DNA of 64,000 nt from Lama glama (lineage: Eukaryota). Each line of letters starts with the position of its first letter. Positions within the stretch are counted from its first letter, which is position 1. Where the stretch lies: the NCBI GenBank assembly GCA_028534125.1, contig CM052816.1:46626001-46690000 (forward strand), given 5' to 3'. Both the position numbers and the translations under genes were made by a program. Below are positions 1 to 12,200 of this stretch, in pieces. The notes under the pieces were generated by a model. It worked only from the letters and a program-made list of their open reading frames with translations, did not search any database and was not told the DNA's origin.

Positions 1-1144
1 TTAATGGATGTGGGTGCCAAATATTCTAAATAATGGGCTCTGGTAAACAAATAAGCTTGTTGTGGTTTTTATTTAATGATCAAAAGCCAAACTGTCACTA
101 TGTAACATTTTCTTATGTGAATGGATGCACAAAGTTCAGCCATTCAGACACTTCACAAATTCCAATTTCCAAATTAATTTTAAAACTGTGAAATGTTTTA
201 AATATGATTAACACCAAACTTGTGATTCCACAACCCCTCAAAAAAGAGAACACTTCATTAAGCTTGATTTAACAGGCAAACTTTAAGTGATAAGATTTTA
301 AATGTTTATGATTCTACTCAGAGTATTAAGAATTAAACTAAAGAAATTATACCAAGCACTAGTTCATTAAAAGTGTTATTTTAATTTCTAAACATGTATT
401 ATATAAAAAACAAGGAATACGTACAATGATTTCAATTGGCATACTAGAAAAATGCTGAGTTAAGTATTGCTTTCTGTTCATAAAACCCCAAAATGTAAAT
501 GTATTTTATATCTTCATAAAATCACCTTATACAAAAGGTCAATATGAAGTAACACAAGAAATCAGCACATTTTTCCACCCCTTGATAGTAGCGACTAGAA
601 ATAGAATTCTTAAAAAAAATTAAATAACATAAAACTGGCTTCTTAGTTAGCAACTTTAGAGTTTCCCGGTCTGTTATGTGGTTGGACTATTGCTGGCTTG
701 TCTGGGTTGGGTTGACCACCCATCTAGCACTCAGTCCACATGCCCAGTTTTGTGGGTGTCTTTCTGTTCTCATGTTTTTAAAGTCATGTTTGAGTTTTCA
801 CTGACCTCCTGTTATGGTGACCTTTGAAGCAAAAACATTACTACTCCCCCCATGGGCTATGTGTGATGTTGTAAATGTGAATTAAGTATTGGGCAGACGG
901 AATTTTTTTTTTTAAAGGCTAAAAATCCATGTAGGAGGCCAAACCAGCTGGGGAAAAATGCAAAACTCTAAATTGCAGACTTCTGAGAATTTCCCGGGAG
1001 CTGCACATCATTTCCACATTTTGAAAAGAATGGAGTAAAAAGTTTTACAAAACAGAGACTGATAAAACAAGCAGTGGAAAGGAAGAGAAATGTAATTCAT
1101 TTATTGAAAACAAAAAAAGATAATGTTTTGAAAAGTATATTTTA

Positions 1145-1287
1145 GGAGGGAAGTTATAGCTCAGTGGTAGCTTAGCATGCACAAGGTCCTGGGTTCAATC
1201 CCCAATATCATAAATAAACAAATAAATAAATAAATCTAATTTCCCCCCCAAAAAAGAAAAAAAATTAAAAATTAAATAAAATGACTT
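1145..1287 (+). mobile_element. Camelid tRNA-derived SINE (Vic-1 type)
   Basis: A-box TAGCTCAGTGG, B-box GGTTCAATCCC, (TAAA)n and A-rich tail; 14-bp target-site duplication AAAAGTATATTTTA at 1131-1144 and 1288-1301. Confidence 0.9.
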
Positions 1288-1457
1288 AAAAGTATATTTT
1301 ATATAGAATTACAACAATGCCTGGATGTATCGAAGTGGTACTACATGGCTTCCTAGGGCAACTAGAATTTGGTCCCAGCTTACAAATGACACAGGAAGAG
1401 GCTCAGAAACTGCCTCCTCCCATAGAGGCTTTGGGAGGAGAACAAAGTGGGATTTCT

Positions 1458-1608
1458 TTCTTTTTTTTTTTTTTCTTTTTTTTTTTTCTGTGGGGGGAGA
1501 GGTAATTAGGTTTATTTATTTATTTTTAATGGAGGTACCAGGGATTGAACCCAGGACCCTATGCTTGCTAAGCATGTGCTCTACCACTGAGCTATATTCT
1601 ACCCCCAC
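1458..1608 (-). mobile_element. Camelid tRNA-derived SINE (Vic-1 type), full length
   Basis: Reverse complement reads TATAGCTCAGTGGTAGAGCACATGCTTAGCAAGCATAGGGTCCTGGGTTCAATCCC plus poly-A tail; 13-bp TSD AAGTGGGATTTCT at 1445-1457 and 1609-1621. Confidence 0.92.
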
Positions 1609-2899
1609 AAGTGGGATTTCTGATCTCCCACCACAAGTCCTTCAGTCCAAGTAGTACTGCCCTGAACTACGTACATGTACCATCTTTTTGAACAAAATGG
1701 TTCATAGCTTTGAGAAAAATTTGAAAAGTACTGTTATACTTTGGGACTCAGAAAGATAAATTTATTGCAAGTAATAAAGTAACAGATTTGCGAGCAGAGC
1801 CCCTTTCTCCTAACTGCTCAGTCAGGTTTTGCTTATCTACCTCACAGCACCGCAAATTAATTCAGCCAAAAAATATGGAAGAGATTGTCACAATACAATA
1901 CAGTTGGGCAATAAGTCTAATTTGCCTCATAGACATCCTATTCTTTGGTCCACTTAGACTTTTAACTGTTGTATTTTGAAATTCTGGGTCAGATATCCAA
2001 TTTTTTTTTAATTTTTAGACTTGTAGCTGATACAACTAGTTACCTATATACAATATTCTTTTACTCCATATTCCTAACAGCACCCCGTGTAGTTGAGGGT
2101 TGCAGCATGTTTAGTGAAAAACTCCAGTTTCCATTCTTCCTTGAAAGTGGGTGGCTAAATTCTGCCAATAAAATGTAAGCAGTTGCTACTGGGTGGGGCT
2201 GATTCAGCACATGCGTTGGTCCTTCCCCCTGCCTATTCCTTCTGCCTAAAACGGTCATGTTTTGTACAGAACTTCCTCCATCACAGCTGTGGAGCAGAAA
2301 GCTAGAAGGATCCTGAGGCGTGGGTGATAACATGGCACTAACACACCAGCCCTGGAATCCCAGGCTTTCTTCTCGTTGCTGTTAATCACAATCCTACCTC
2401 CGGTACAAACATCACAATCCTACACCTTGGTACAAAAACATACCAAAAAAATTCTCCAATTTCTCCCACAGTTTAAAAGTAGCATCAGAACAGCACCCCA
2501 AATGTGTAAAGCTTTTTCGATAGAAATGTCTCACTCACTGCTAATAACATAGTTTGAATCTTCTACTCCCATTTTTAAAAGAATCTCAAATTCTGAACGT
2601 GACAGTACGACCACAGTGTTTACTTAATATGTGGAAAAACACTTTCCTGGGAAATTCCTGTGAACACAAATCTCTGTGCAGTAAAACTAATTTTAATCAG
2701 GTTCCATGAAGAGAAAGACCTGTACTAATCCAATATTTCAATTTATAAATTGTGTCTAAAAAGAAACACAGTTTTATTGTTTTCCTGAAGATAATATCCA
2801 TTTATTAACAGCAAACACTTTAAGGGTTTGTTCCCTTGTCTTAATTAAATATATAAATCACATAGTATCAGAGCCTTGAAGAAATTTTTTGGTTTAATC

Positions 2900-3470
2900 T
2901 TTTTTTTTCCAGTTCTATTGAGAAACAATTGGGATACACTACTGTATAAGTTTAAGGTATACAGCATGATAGTTTGACTTACATATTTTGTGAAATGATT
3001 ACAATAGGTTTAGTTAACATACATCACTTCATCTAGATACAATAAAAAGACAAGAAAAAAAAATGTTCTCCTTGTGATGAGAACTCTTAAAATCTACCCT
3101 CTCCAACTTTCTTATGTGACCATACAGCAGCGTTAACTCTAGTCACCCTGCTGTACATTACAACCTAGCACTTACTTATCTGATAACTCGAAGTTTGTGC
3201 CTTTTGACCACCTTCCTCTAATTCCCCTCCTACCCACCTCCTGCCTCTGGTAAACACAAATCTGTTCCCTTGTGTTGGGAGTTTGGTATGGGGTTTGGTT
3301 TTGTTTTAGATTCCATATATAAGTGAAACCACACAGTATTTATCTGTCTTTGTCTGACTTATCTCATTCAGCATAATGTCTTCAAGGTCCATCCATGTTG
3401 TCACAAGTAATAGGATTTCCTCGTTTTTTACAGCTGAATAATATTCCTCTATAAGCGTGTGCATATGTTA
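2900..3470 (-). mobile_element. LINE-1 3' end fragment (L1MA9-like)
   Basis: Starts at a poly-T, followed by typical antisense L1MA 3'UTR text (CTGTATAAGTTTAAGGTATACAGCATGAT; TTAGATTCCATATATAAGTGA; CAGCATAATGTCTTCAAGGTCCATCCATGTTGTCACAA). Subfamily from recall. Confidence 0.85.
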
Positions 3471-3538
3471 TAATTTGAACAATTGGAAGAAATCTTGATG
3501 ATACTCTAGACTATGCTTTCATTTTTCGATGGAAAAGA

Positions 3539-3574
3539 CAAAAAAAAAAAAAAGAAGAAGAAGAAGAAGAAGAA
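3539..3574 (+). repeat. A-tract followed by (GAA)n microsatellite
   Basis: Directly visible poly-A then about seven GAA units. Confidence 0.9.
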
Positions 3575-6179
3575 GGCCAGAGGTGCTGAAGTGATATTCC
3601 TTAACTTCTCACTATTCATTGGATTCTTTCTCAAATGGCAGAACTTCATTAAGTAGTGGAAGAAGAAAGGACTTCTACTACTTGCTCAGAGTTCTCCCCT
3701 TTGCCTTTTATCCTCCACCCCCATGAGGATGCACTGCTTCCCCCCACTTACAATGCCTCCTTCCTTCAGGACTAACTGCAGCTCAGCCTTTAAGACCCAG
3801 CACGGTCTCATCCAGAAAGCAGTCCCTGACACTGCCACTCCCCAGCATTCCCAGTCCCTGGTCAGGCAAGGAGCCGGCCCCCTTTGCTGGCTGCACACTG
3901 CACAAATCACCATCATCACACCTACCTCAAATCATGGTGATCTGCGTATGCCTTCTCTTCCCCCCACCAAAAAAGTAAAAGAAAGTGAGCTCTCCAAGGC
4001 TGTGCAGCTTTGGATCTGAAAGAATATACTTTCCCTAATACTCTCTTTTTAGAAAACATATGCCAGTGAACCCTAGTGAAATGAGGACAAATTCTGAATC
4101 AGTGGAATCTTAGTCATATTCTTAACATATGTTGAAACCCTTTCTCCTCCTGACTTCCATCCTATAGCCAAACAGACGTCAATAAGCTCACGGGACGTGG
4201 CTCCAAAAGGCCACAAAGAGGTTTGGTAATACTGGAAAAGTTGTGAACGACCCACTTTAACGTATGGTATTACAATACAAAGCACACAGTTTTGTCTTTG
4301 GGGGGAGGTACAAGAATTTAATTATAAGGAGCAAATAGGGCACTTAAATAAACAGAACACACTCGATAAAAATCGTTTACGCAAGTCTCTGGTTGCCCAG
4401 GCTTGGTTTCCTAGCACGTTGTGAAAGATACGGCTTTTTAAATTAATAGGTTAATCTAGGCTTAAGAAAGGAAGGTACAACAATGGAAAAAGCACTGATG
4501 CAAAATGCAGCAGGAAATCAACTCTTGGAGGAAGCATATTTCCTAGAACAGAAAGATAAGGAAAACTAGAATGTTCCAAATGACATCCCTTAGGTAACAT
4601 ATTAAGTTTGGTCTTCACCACATCAACTACAATTGAGCTGCAGAGATTTCTAAATGAGAGTTCTCTGGCAATTTCCCCTACGTCTTTTTTTAATGAATGC
4701 TACTTTTCCATTCATCATATTTTAAACGAGTCTATAAATAGTTTTTTTTAATGTTAAAAATAGTTTTCTCTTAAAAACAGAGTGTTAAATGGGGGTCCTA
4801 TATAAAATATCCTACAGAGTGAAATATTAGGAAATAACTTAACCAAATAATTGATACAGTCATTTTAATTGCTACCTTGTTATCTGTGACCTAGTTTGCT
4901 TAGTGGTTTTTATGAAGCCTGATTCTCTGATTTACTGGATAATCTTAGATTTAGAATGGATGTAAGAATATTTTGATCTCTCTTTCAGTTCTATTGGATT
5001 GACAGTATTTCCATAAAAACAAATCAGGCCAGTAAAACTCATTTTTAGTATTTTTTTCTAAACCACAAGTTTTTATTAAATTGGAATTAATAAAGAGGAA
5101 AAGCAATTTTTATATAATTATTATTCCCTAAAAGTATATATACATAAAAGCAGACGAGAGAAAATCATCATATTCTCTCGGAATACTATTACAGAAAATC
5201 AAACAAAATTTACCTGAAGTCCACTGTTTTTTCAGAAACTAAAAGCAGCCTGACAACTTTTGGAGTTTGCACCCAGGCTCATACCTTAGTTTTCTACTCC
5301 CTATTTAGGTCTTTAGTCTGCAAACGTCTTCTGAAAACACTCATCTCTGAGTCATCCCAATTAACCAAGGCACAAAATGGTGTTCATTTGCGATTACAAA
5401 TGTTCCCAAGGCAAACACTCCATTCCCAGAATGTGTGAAGGTCTAGATGCAAACTGCATAGAATTGTGAAGTGATTGCAGGCATGTAGAAAGCCTTTTTC
5501 ATGATTAACAGTGAGAAAAAATAATAAATGGTGGCAGGCAAAGTAAGAGAAAGACACAGGACAGGGTATGGTGACACACACACGCGAGGGCATACTCCCA
5601 CACGCGTGCCTGGGGCGGGACTACGCTGTAAGGATTCTCAGCAGTCTCTTTGATCAGCCCCTACACTGGACAGTTATTCCCTAGAGGTGACAGCTTATCT
5701 CTCCCCTGAGGGCAAATTCTCAGCCCGAGATGTGGACCCATTCCTCAATATTCTGTTTCTTTGTGCCAAGGCATCTGTGTAGACGCCAAGCATAAACCTG
5801 TATGTGAGGTTATGATGGTAAAACGAGAAACTAACCTAGATCATGGGAAACTTGTAACCAAAGGACATCAGAAAAAACAGGCTGTATAAAACTGTGGCCT
5901 TATTGTTTTGGGTTCCTCTGAGTAACTGGCTGTGAGCTGAACGGCTGCTAAGAAAGTCAAAGCCATCTTTGTCTCTCAACACATATCTAGCCTCACTGTG
6001 TCTTCTTTCTCATCCTGGTCTTCACTTTGGCTGTATCATAGCTTTTTTAATGGCTGTAAGTCATTTTTACTTAATTTCTGGTATCTCCTTTGTGAACCAT
6101 TTAACTCCTCAATAAAAGACCAGAAGGGGAAGGAGAAGGGGAAGGCAGGGAGTGAAGAGGACAAAGAGGAAGAAGGTGA

Positions 6180-6312
6180 GTGTGGGTCCTGGGACTGGAA
6201 TCCCACCACTTTTGAACTTTCTGACTTCGGGCATCTTGCCTAATTTGTAATTAGCTTTACTGCTCTGAGCTTCAAATTCATCTAAAATGGAGGGATATTA
6301 GTACCTACCACA
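6180..6312 (+). mobile_element. MIR SINE fragment
   Basis: Degenerate MIR core: TGACTTCGGGCA...CTCTGAGCTTCA...CATCTAAAATGG...TAGTACCTACC. Confidence 0.6.
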
Positions 6313-7476
6313 ACGGAGAAAATACTGCAAGTCAGATCAATTAATGTTCGTTCCTTTCTTCCTCCCTGATATTCCCATCAACATCTGAGTGATGTGTGCG
6401 TACGTGTATTTATCACAGGTGAAACTATGCATAGAGACATCTCATCTGTAGAGAAACAGACATGTATACACACACGCACATATGACAACCTCTCTCTCCA
6501 CCCCACCCCCCCCAAAAAAAAGTCTGGGATCAAGACTTTATCCAGAAAGTGCCCATTCACCAGTTCCCAAAGAACTCTGATGTGAGCAGTTAGGAAACAA
6601 ATCCATCCTTCATCACAAATGATGTTTTGTTTTTTGTTAAAATGAAGACCTACAGAAGATACTGGAAGTAAGTCTAGGAACTAAGCCATTTTATAACTTA
6701 GAGTTTGGGCAGGCTCTGGGTTAGCTCGAAGCCCGAGAGAAACTCCTCCCTCTGGGTCCCTCACCTGCCTGCCCGTCTGCTACAACCATCATCGCAGGCA
6801 CACGGCGCTCACCACTGACCTATCGCAGACAGTTAATCAAGAGCAGAGAGAGCGGCTTTCACAGGACAAGCGGTTACTTGTTCTCAACTTTTTAAAGTTC
6901 ATAATTCAGTCTTACTGTCATTTCTTTCCTCTGGCCGGTGCTTTTATGAGAGGTAAAGCTGAACAGAAAGAAAACCAGAGTCATTAACTGTTTGAAAGTT
7001 TAATGTGCTACCAAACCTGAATTAGATGTGATAATGAAATTTCCACTGCTGAAAGCAGACTTTGCTAACTGATGTATGTAGTGAGAAGGTGGTCACATAA
7101 CCAATGAAAATAAAAACCAGGTTCATTTTAAAAAATATTTCTCATTCTTTTTTTTTAAATTTAAACTGGCCAAACACCAACTTAGACTTCAGGTAAAGAG
7201 TGGATCTAGTAAAGTTCCACTTGTTTCTTTTAAAAATATATATTCCACATTTGTAGATGTTGACCAAGTAACCTTATATCTATGGAGACATTCCAGAACA
7301 ATGGATCAAGATTTATGGTTTAATATTGCTAGACTTTATTCAGCCATCTAGTTGGTCAGAAATGCCACCCAAGTCACCAGAATCCAGGGGTATGGGATGG
7401 TTCACCCAACGCGTGCCACTCCTCAGTCTGGCATTCAAGGTGTGTCTACACAGGATCCCAATTCATCTTCTAACCG

Positions 7477-7688
7477 CATCTGACGCTTGAACTACACCAG
7501 TTTGAACTGCACGAGTCCACTTAGGCTCCTTTCAATAAACACTACAGCACTAAGTGATCCTCGGCGGGTTGAATCCGAAGAGGCGGAACCATGTGTACCA
7601 AGGGCCAACTAGAAAGATATGTGAGAATTTTCAACCGCTTGGAGGGTCGGTGCCCCCATTCTCCTCATGGTTCAAGGATGATCAACTG
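7477..7688. mobile_element. Non-autonomous TcMar-Tigger DNA transposon (MER8/Tigger2-like MITE)
   Basis: Degenerate terminal inverted repeats CATCTGACGCTTGAAC ... GTTCAAGGATGATCAACTG; internal GTTTGAACTGCACGAGTCCACTTA and GGTTGAATCCG typical of this family (recall). Confidence 0.75.
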
Positions 7689-7761
7689 CAATTCACATTC
7701 TGCCTCTATGATCAACTGCAATTCACATTCTATGCTCGGTGTAGTCAAAATGGAGCATTGC

Positions 7762-7866
7762 AGGGGGGTATAGCTCAGCAGCGGAGCTTATGCTCAATCC
7801 CCAGTACCGCCATTAAAACAATAAATAAACAAACCTAATGACCCCACCCCCAAAATGTCGTGGCTT
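7762..7866 (+). mobile_element. Camelid Vic-1-type SINE with internal deletion
   Basis: GGGTATAGCTCAG...TCAATCCCCAGTACC...AATAAATAAACAAACCTAAT; the segment between the A and B boxes is missing relative to the 1458-1608 copy; TSD AAAATGGA(G/C)CATT at 7747-7759 and 7867-7879. Confidence 0.8.
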
Positions 7867-9198
7867 AAAATGGACCATTAAATTTTTCCCAAACACAATA
7901 CATTCTTTGCACGTGCTATTCTCACCTCCCAAAATTCTTAGCCACTGCCTCCACCCAGCCCCCTCCCACCGTGCCCTTCTTCTCAAAGCTTCCGCTCAGA
8001 CATCTTTTATAGATCACTATCTCTTGAAATTATACCCATTTAAAGTTCAATTAAAATGCCCCTTTTTTTCCAAGAAATTACTCCCCCTTGCTCATGCCAA
8101 ACTGACCCTATCTCCTTCTCCTCTCCAACCAGAATCACTTTGATTTCACTCTTGTACATCACTTTTCATAGTTTTGGGCACACAGGAGAAGCTCATTTAC
8201 TGTATGACAAGTGAATCAAAGAATTATAGGTTACATTGCACTTTCATCTACACCCTAACCTTCTCCTCCTCCTTAAGCTTTAAGCTTCTTAATGGCAAAG
8301 ATGGAGTTGGTGGGAGGAGGGTGCTTATTAATCTCTATAACCTTTAAATTTTCTAATAGGTTCATTGCACATAATGAAGGCTTGATAAATATTTCTTGAA
8401 TTGCATGATTAAACCGGGTCAGCGAGGCTGGGCTTGGTTAGAAGCGCTTCAGGATGGCCCCTTGATTTATCAGGAGCAGGGCCAGTGATGCAAGAGGTAA
8501 TTTTCTTTGCTGAATCATAACTGAGTTTCTATCACACTCAGCTTTGGAAGGTACCATTTTTCAAATTAAATCTAAAAACAATAACCTTTCTGTTTGTAAC
8601 AATGTGAGTTCTCCTGGCTCCTTTCAGGCATAGGGGCATTTCTGTAAGGTGTTGACCTAAATTTCTTCTGACCTAATTTTCTTGTTGCAAAAGGAATTCG
8701 GTGCAGCCAGCCCCCACTGCGGAAAGGTTTTGTTCTATATCACTGTCACATTTCAATGACAAATGGAATGAACTTTGTTAGTCCTTTTGAGATTTCAGAA
8801 TAGCTCAGGATATTCCCCTCTAATATGTAAGAGGATTTCAGTGATTTGTCCTGCTGGCTATAGAGTGGCAAGGGCCTCCCTTCGTCCTGTGCCTTCCCCA
8901 AAGCCATCTGGCTTCTCCCATGGAAGTAGCAGACATTACTTGCACACATTTTTATTGCACAGCAGCTGAAGAGATGGTTTTGATGAAATCGAGAAGAATG
9001 GAAGTGGCAAAAATGACCCACTGGGCTCTCAAATCAAAAAAAAAAAAAATCTTTCTCAGCAATAACCAAGTGTCCTTTGATTCTACTCCTAAGTATTTTG
9101 AGGCAAAACTGAACTAACCTCTACTCCTATGATAGGAAAAACATTTCCTCCTAATGATACAAATAAACCACAAATCTACTTTTTCCCAGTATACCATA

Positions 9199-9250
9199 AG
9201 TATGTATATATACACACACACACACACACATATATGTATGCATATGTGTT
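9199..9250 (+). repeat. (TA)n(CA)n compound microsatellite
   Basis: Directly visible. Confidence 0.85.
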
Positions 9251-12200
9251 TGAGAAGGAGTAAGCCAGTCAAAGAATAGGATTTAGCTCAAATGATTCAG
9301 TAACTCTACAAGTCATAAGACAAAAGACAGGAATATAATAAAAATTCTTTTGAGTTTTTAAAGGAAAGAAAAGACAGTCTTCTACAAAGAAGAGCGTCCT
9401 AGAAGACAGGTATACTAGATGACTCCCCAGGGTTTCTTTCTGGTTTTGTTAGTAACTAATGACCATTATCTCAATCATGGATTCACAGGCAGTTTCAATA
9501 TGGATTGACTTTAAGATTTTAAGGTTCAGAATTTTAATAATCATTTCAGTAGTACAGTGAATGAGTTTTAAAATGCTTAAGATGACTGGGGTCATGTTGA
9601 GCCTAAATTAGAACTCAAAAGTGCCACTCCATTATTTCCTTTTGGAAGCATGTTCCCTGGAAGACCTTGGGGCACCACACCCTGCCCGTTGGTGATGTGA
9701 TCAGCCAAGTCTAGAGCAGGTCACAGAGAGCAGCTGTCCCAGCAATTTAGCCTCAACCTACACGGTAACATGAAAGGGAGTAAAGGAGGAAAAAAAAAAC
9801 TGACAAAGGAAAACAAAAGAGAAGAGAAGAGATGTAAGAAGAGCAATACATAATAAAGAAATACATGAGGGGTAAAAAAGTTATTTGTAACAAAAGGGTA
9901 GAAGGAAAGTAAATTTAAAGAAAGAGAATTTTAACCACAGAAAAAGATGGGGCATCTCTGGAGTAACTCCCCAAAGAGTCAAAAATCACAAGTGAGTGAA
10001 AGATGCACCCAGATAACAGGCCACAGGAACAGAAAGCCAGCCAGATGTGAGCCTCAGTCAGCAAGTAACGTCCAAGATCCGACCAGGCAAGCCCGTTACC
10101 TCACCAAGAATTTGTTCCCAAACCAGAAAAAAAATGGAATATTATTGAGACTTGCATTTCTGATAGTGTAGCCTGATGCACAGTATTAAACCAAGAGCAA
10201 AGAGATAGAGAGGATGCACAGATACTGGGACTACTGGACTGGCTGGCTCTTGAACAGAGAAGGCTAATATATTATCCAGATCAAACAGAATAGATTCTCC
10301 CCTGAGACCATTCATCTGAATCTCTGGATAGATCATCTACTAAAGGGGAAAAAAAGGAAAACTCTTTTGAGAAATCAAAGGAAATTTTTCCAGGAAGTTA
10401 GTTTTGGCAAAAGAATCCCTTGGCATATTTCTGTGAATTGTAAAGTATTTCCTTGTATGAAGTAGAATTTGAAAAGTGACACTGCCCAGTAAGAAATGAC
10501 TCAGCAGACGCCATTACAAAATGGCGCAGGACACACTGTACATAAATTAGAGACCCTGCCTAGATGTTTTGAATCTCTTTGATATCTTCTAATTGACATT
10601 GTAACGTGGCCTCTCCACTTTGATTCATGTAGGATGCAGTAAAGCTTTTAATAACCAAGTAAAGTGGTAACTTGAAAATATGTGTCAACCCATATGTAAG
10701 ACTTGTGGTGAAGCAGCAAGTCAGTTCTTCTCCTGGAGACTAGCTTTCCAAGGTTGTCTGTTATGGGATCTGTTCGAGGAGCAAAGGACCTTAGGCTGTT
10801 GGGATTTATCTACCTTGCCCGGCACCCTGGCACCATTACCCTCTGTTACTGCTGCGGCACACCTGCTACTCCAGGATCTTCTCTCTACCAAACACGTGGA
10901 AAGGAGAACAACTTCTGACATCTGTGTCTAAGTTATCAAGAACAAAGACGACAATCTGAAGAAAAGGCTGGGTGGGTAAATGTGGCTTTTCACACAATTG
11001 GCTGGGCCTGCCTCTGCTCAGGGAAAAGCCTTGCTGAATCTCTGCTTTCAGAAGCCACACTAGACTGAACAATCAGACTGTTTGAAAAACCCATCATCCC
11101 ACAAGGATTTGTGAAGTGTTGAGCGTCTGGCACACGGGTGTTACGAATAAAAGGATTTTGCCAGGAGTTTTGAGATCAGAGATCCATGATTAATGCTGAC
11201 TGCCTGGATCAATAAAGATTGTTTTCCTTTGAAACAGAGCACCTATAAAATTATGTAATTTGAGGTATAGGAAAATCATTGCCGAACGAGCAAAGAGTGC
11301 TTTGCTACCCACAAAATCCATTTGGTAATAATTTCAGCACGAAACGTAAGACCATTATTTTGATAGGACAAATGCATTTGAAAGTCATGAAAGATTATAT
11401 CAGTTAAAAATTATATTTGCATCAAATATGTTTTCAGCACAAACTCACTCAGGTGTAGTACTGTTCACACCAGAAATGCAATTCAGTGTGAGCTATTTCC
11501 TGAAGGAAAAGTACATGTGAGAATTCAGATTATTTTGTCTAGCGCAGCTGCTGCTTGTACTGCAAAAGCAGAGATGCAGCTGATGACAAGGTAGAATGGA
11601 ACTTGGCACCTCCGCTGGCATCTAGCCAAGAACACAGAATGTTTTAGCCAGTCTGTGGCATGTGATCCATTTCTTAATTGTTGATAACATATAATTAGGA
11701 CAATCTAAGCCTCGTTTAATGAATGCAGTAAGTTAAACTGCAGCGCTTGCCTATACTTGGATAGACTTTGTTAGTCTTGGAGCATGGAACTGCAGAGTAA
11801 CATTTTATAAACAGTACAAAATGGAATCTTCCCTTTACAAACTATCAGCCTAGAATTATGGCCGACATCCTAACCCACAGTATAAATTCTGTGCACTGTA
11901 TAAATGTCAACTGATATTCATGGCCAATGTGCCCAAAATAAATTTTCCCCTTGAAGATTTTAAAGGTAAGATTTATGTGAAGAAATTGGGCACATATTTA
12001 AAAATGACAGACTACACGTTCTGCTAATCAGTTATCAACCTGATTTATTTTGACAGACTTCTTTCTAAGATGATCAGAGCTCAGTCTAGTGTACTACATG
12101 GTTTTTAAAATGCAAGGATTTTCTTGAAAATAATGAATTGATTATTAACTTTTTATTAAAATAGATTCATTGCGTTCATCTTTTCATACCCCATATTACT

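Noticed and set aside
1145..1608. tRNA genes suggested by A/B boxes
   Set aside because: They are SINE heads: followed by AT-rich tails, flanked by TSDs and repeated four times in the window.
7678..7731. CRISPR-like repeat-spacer
   Set aside because: There are only two units with a 6-nt gap, in a mammalian genome; this is a simple tandem duplication.
11602..11620. CTCF site (CCAGCGGAGGTGCC on the - strand)
   Set aside because: It mismatches the core consensus at several key positions; the overlapping NFI reading fits better.
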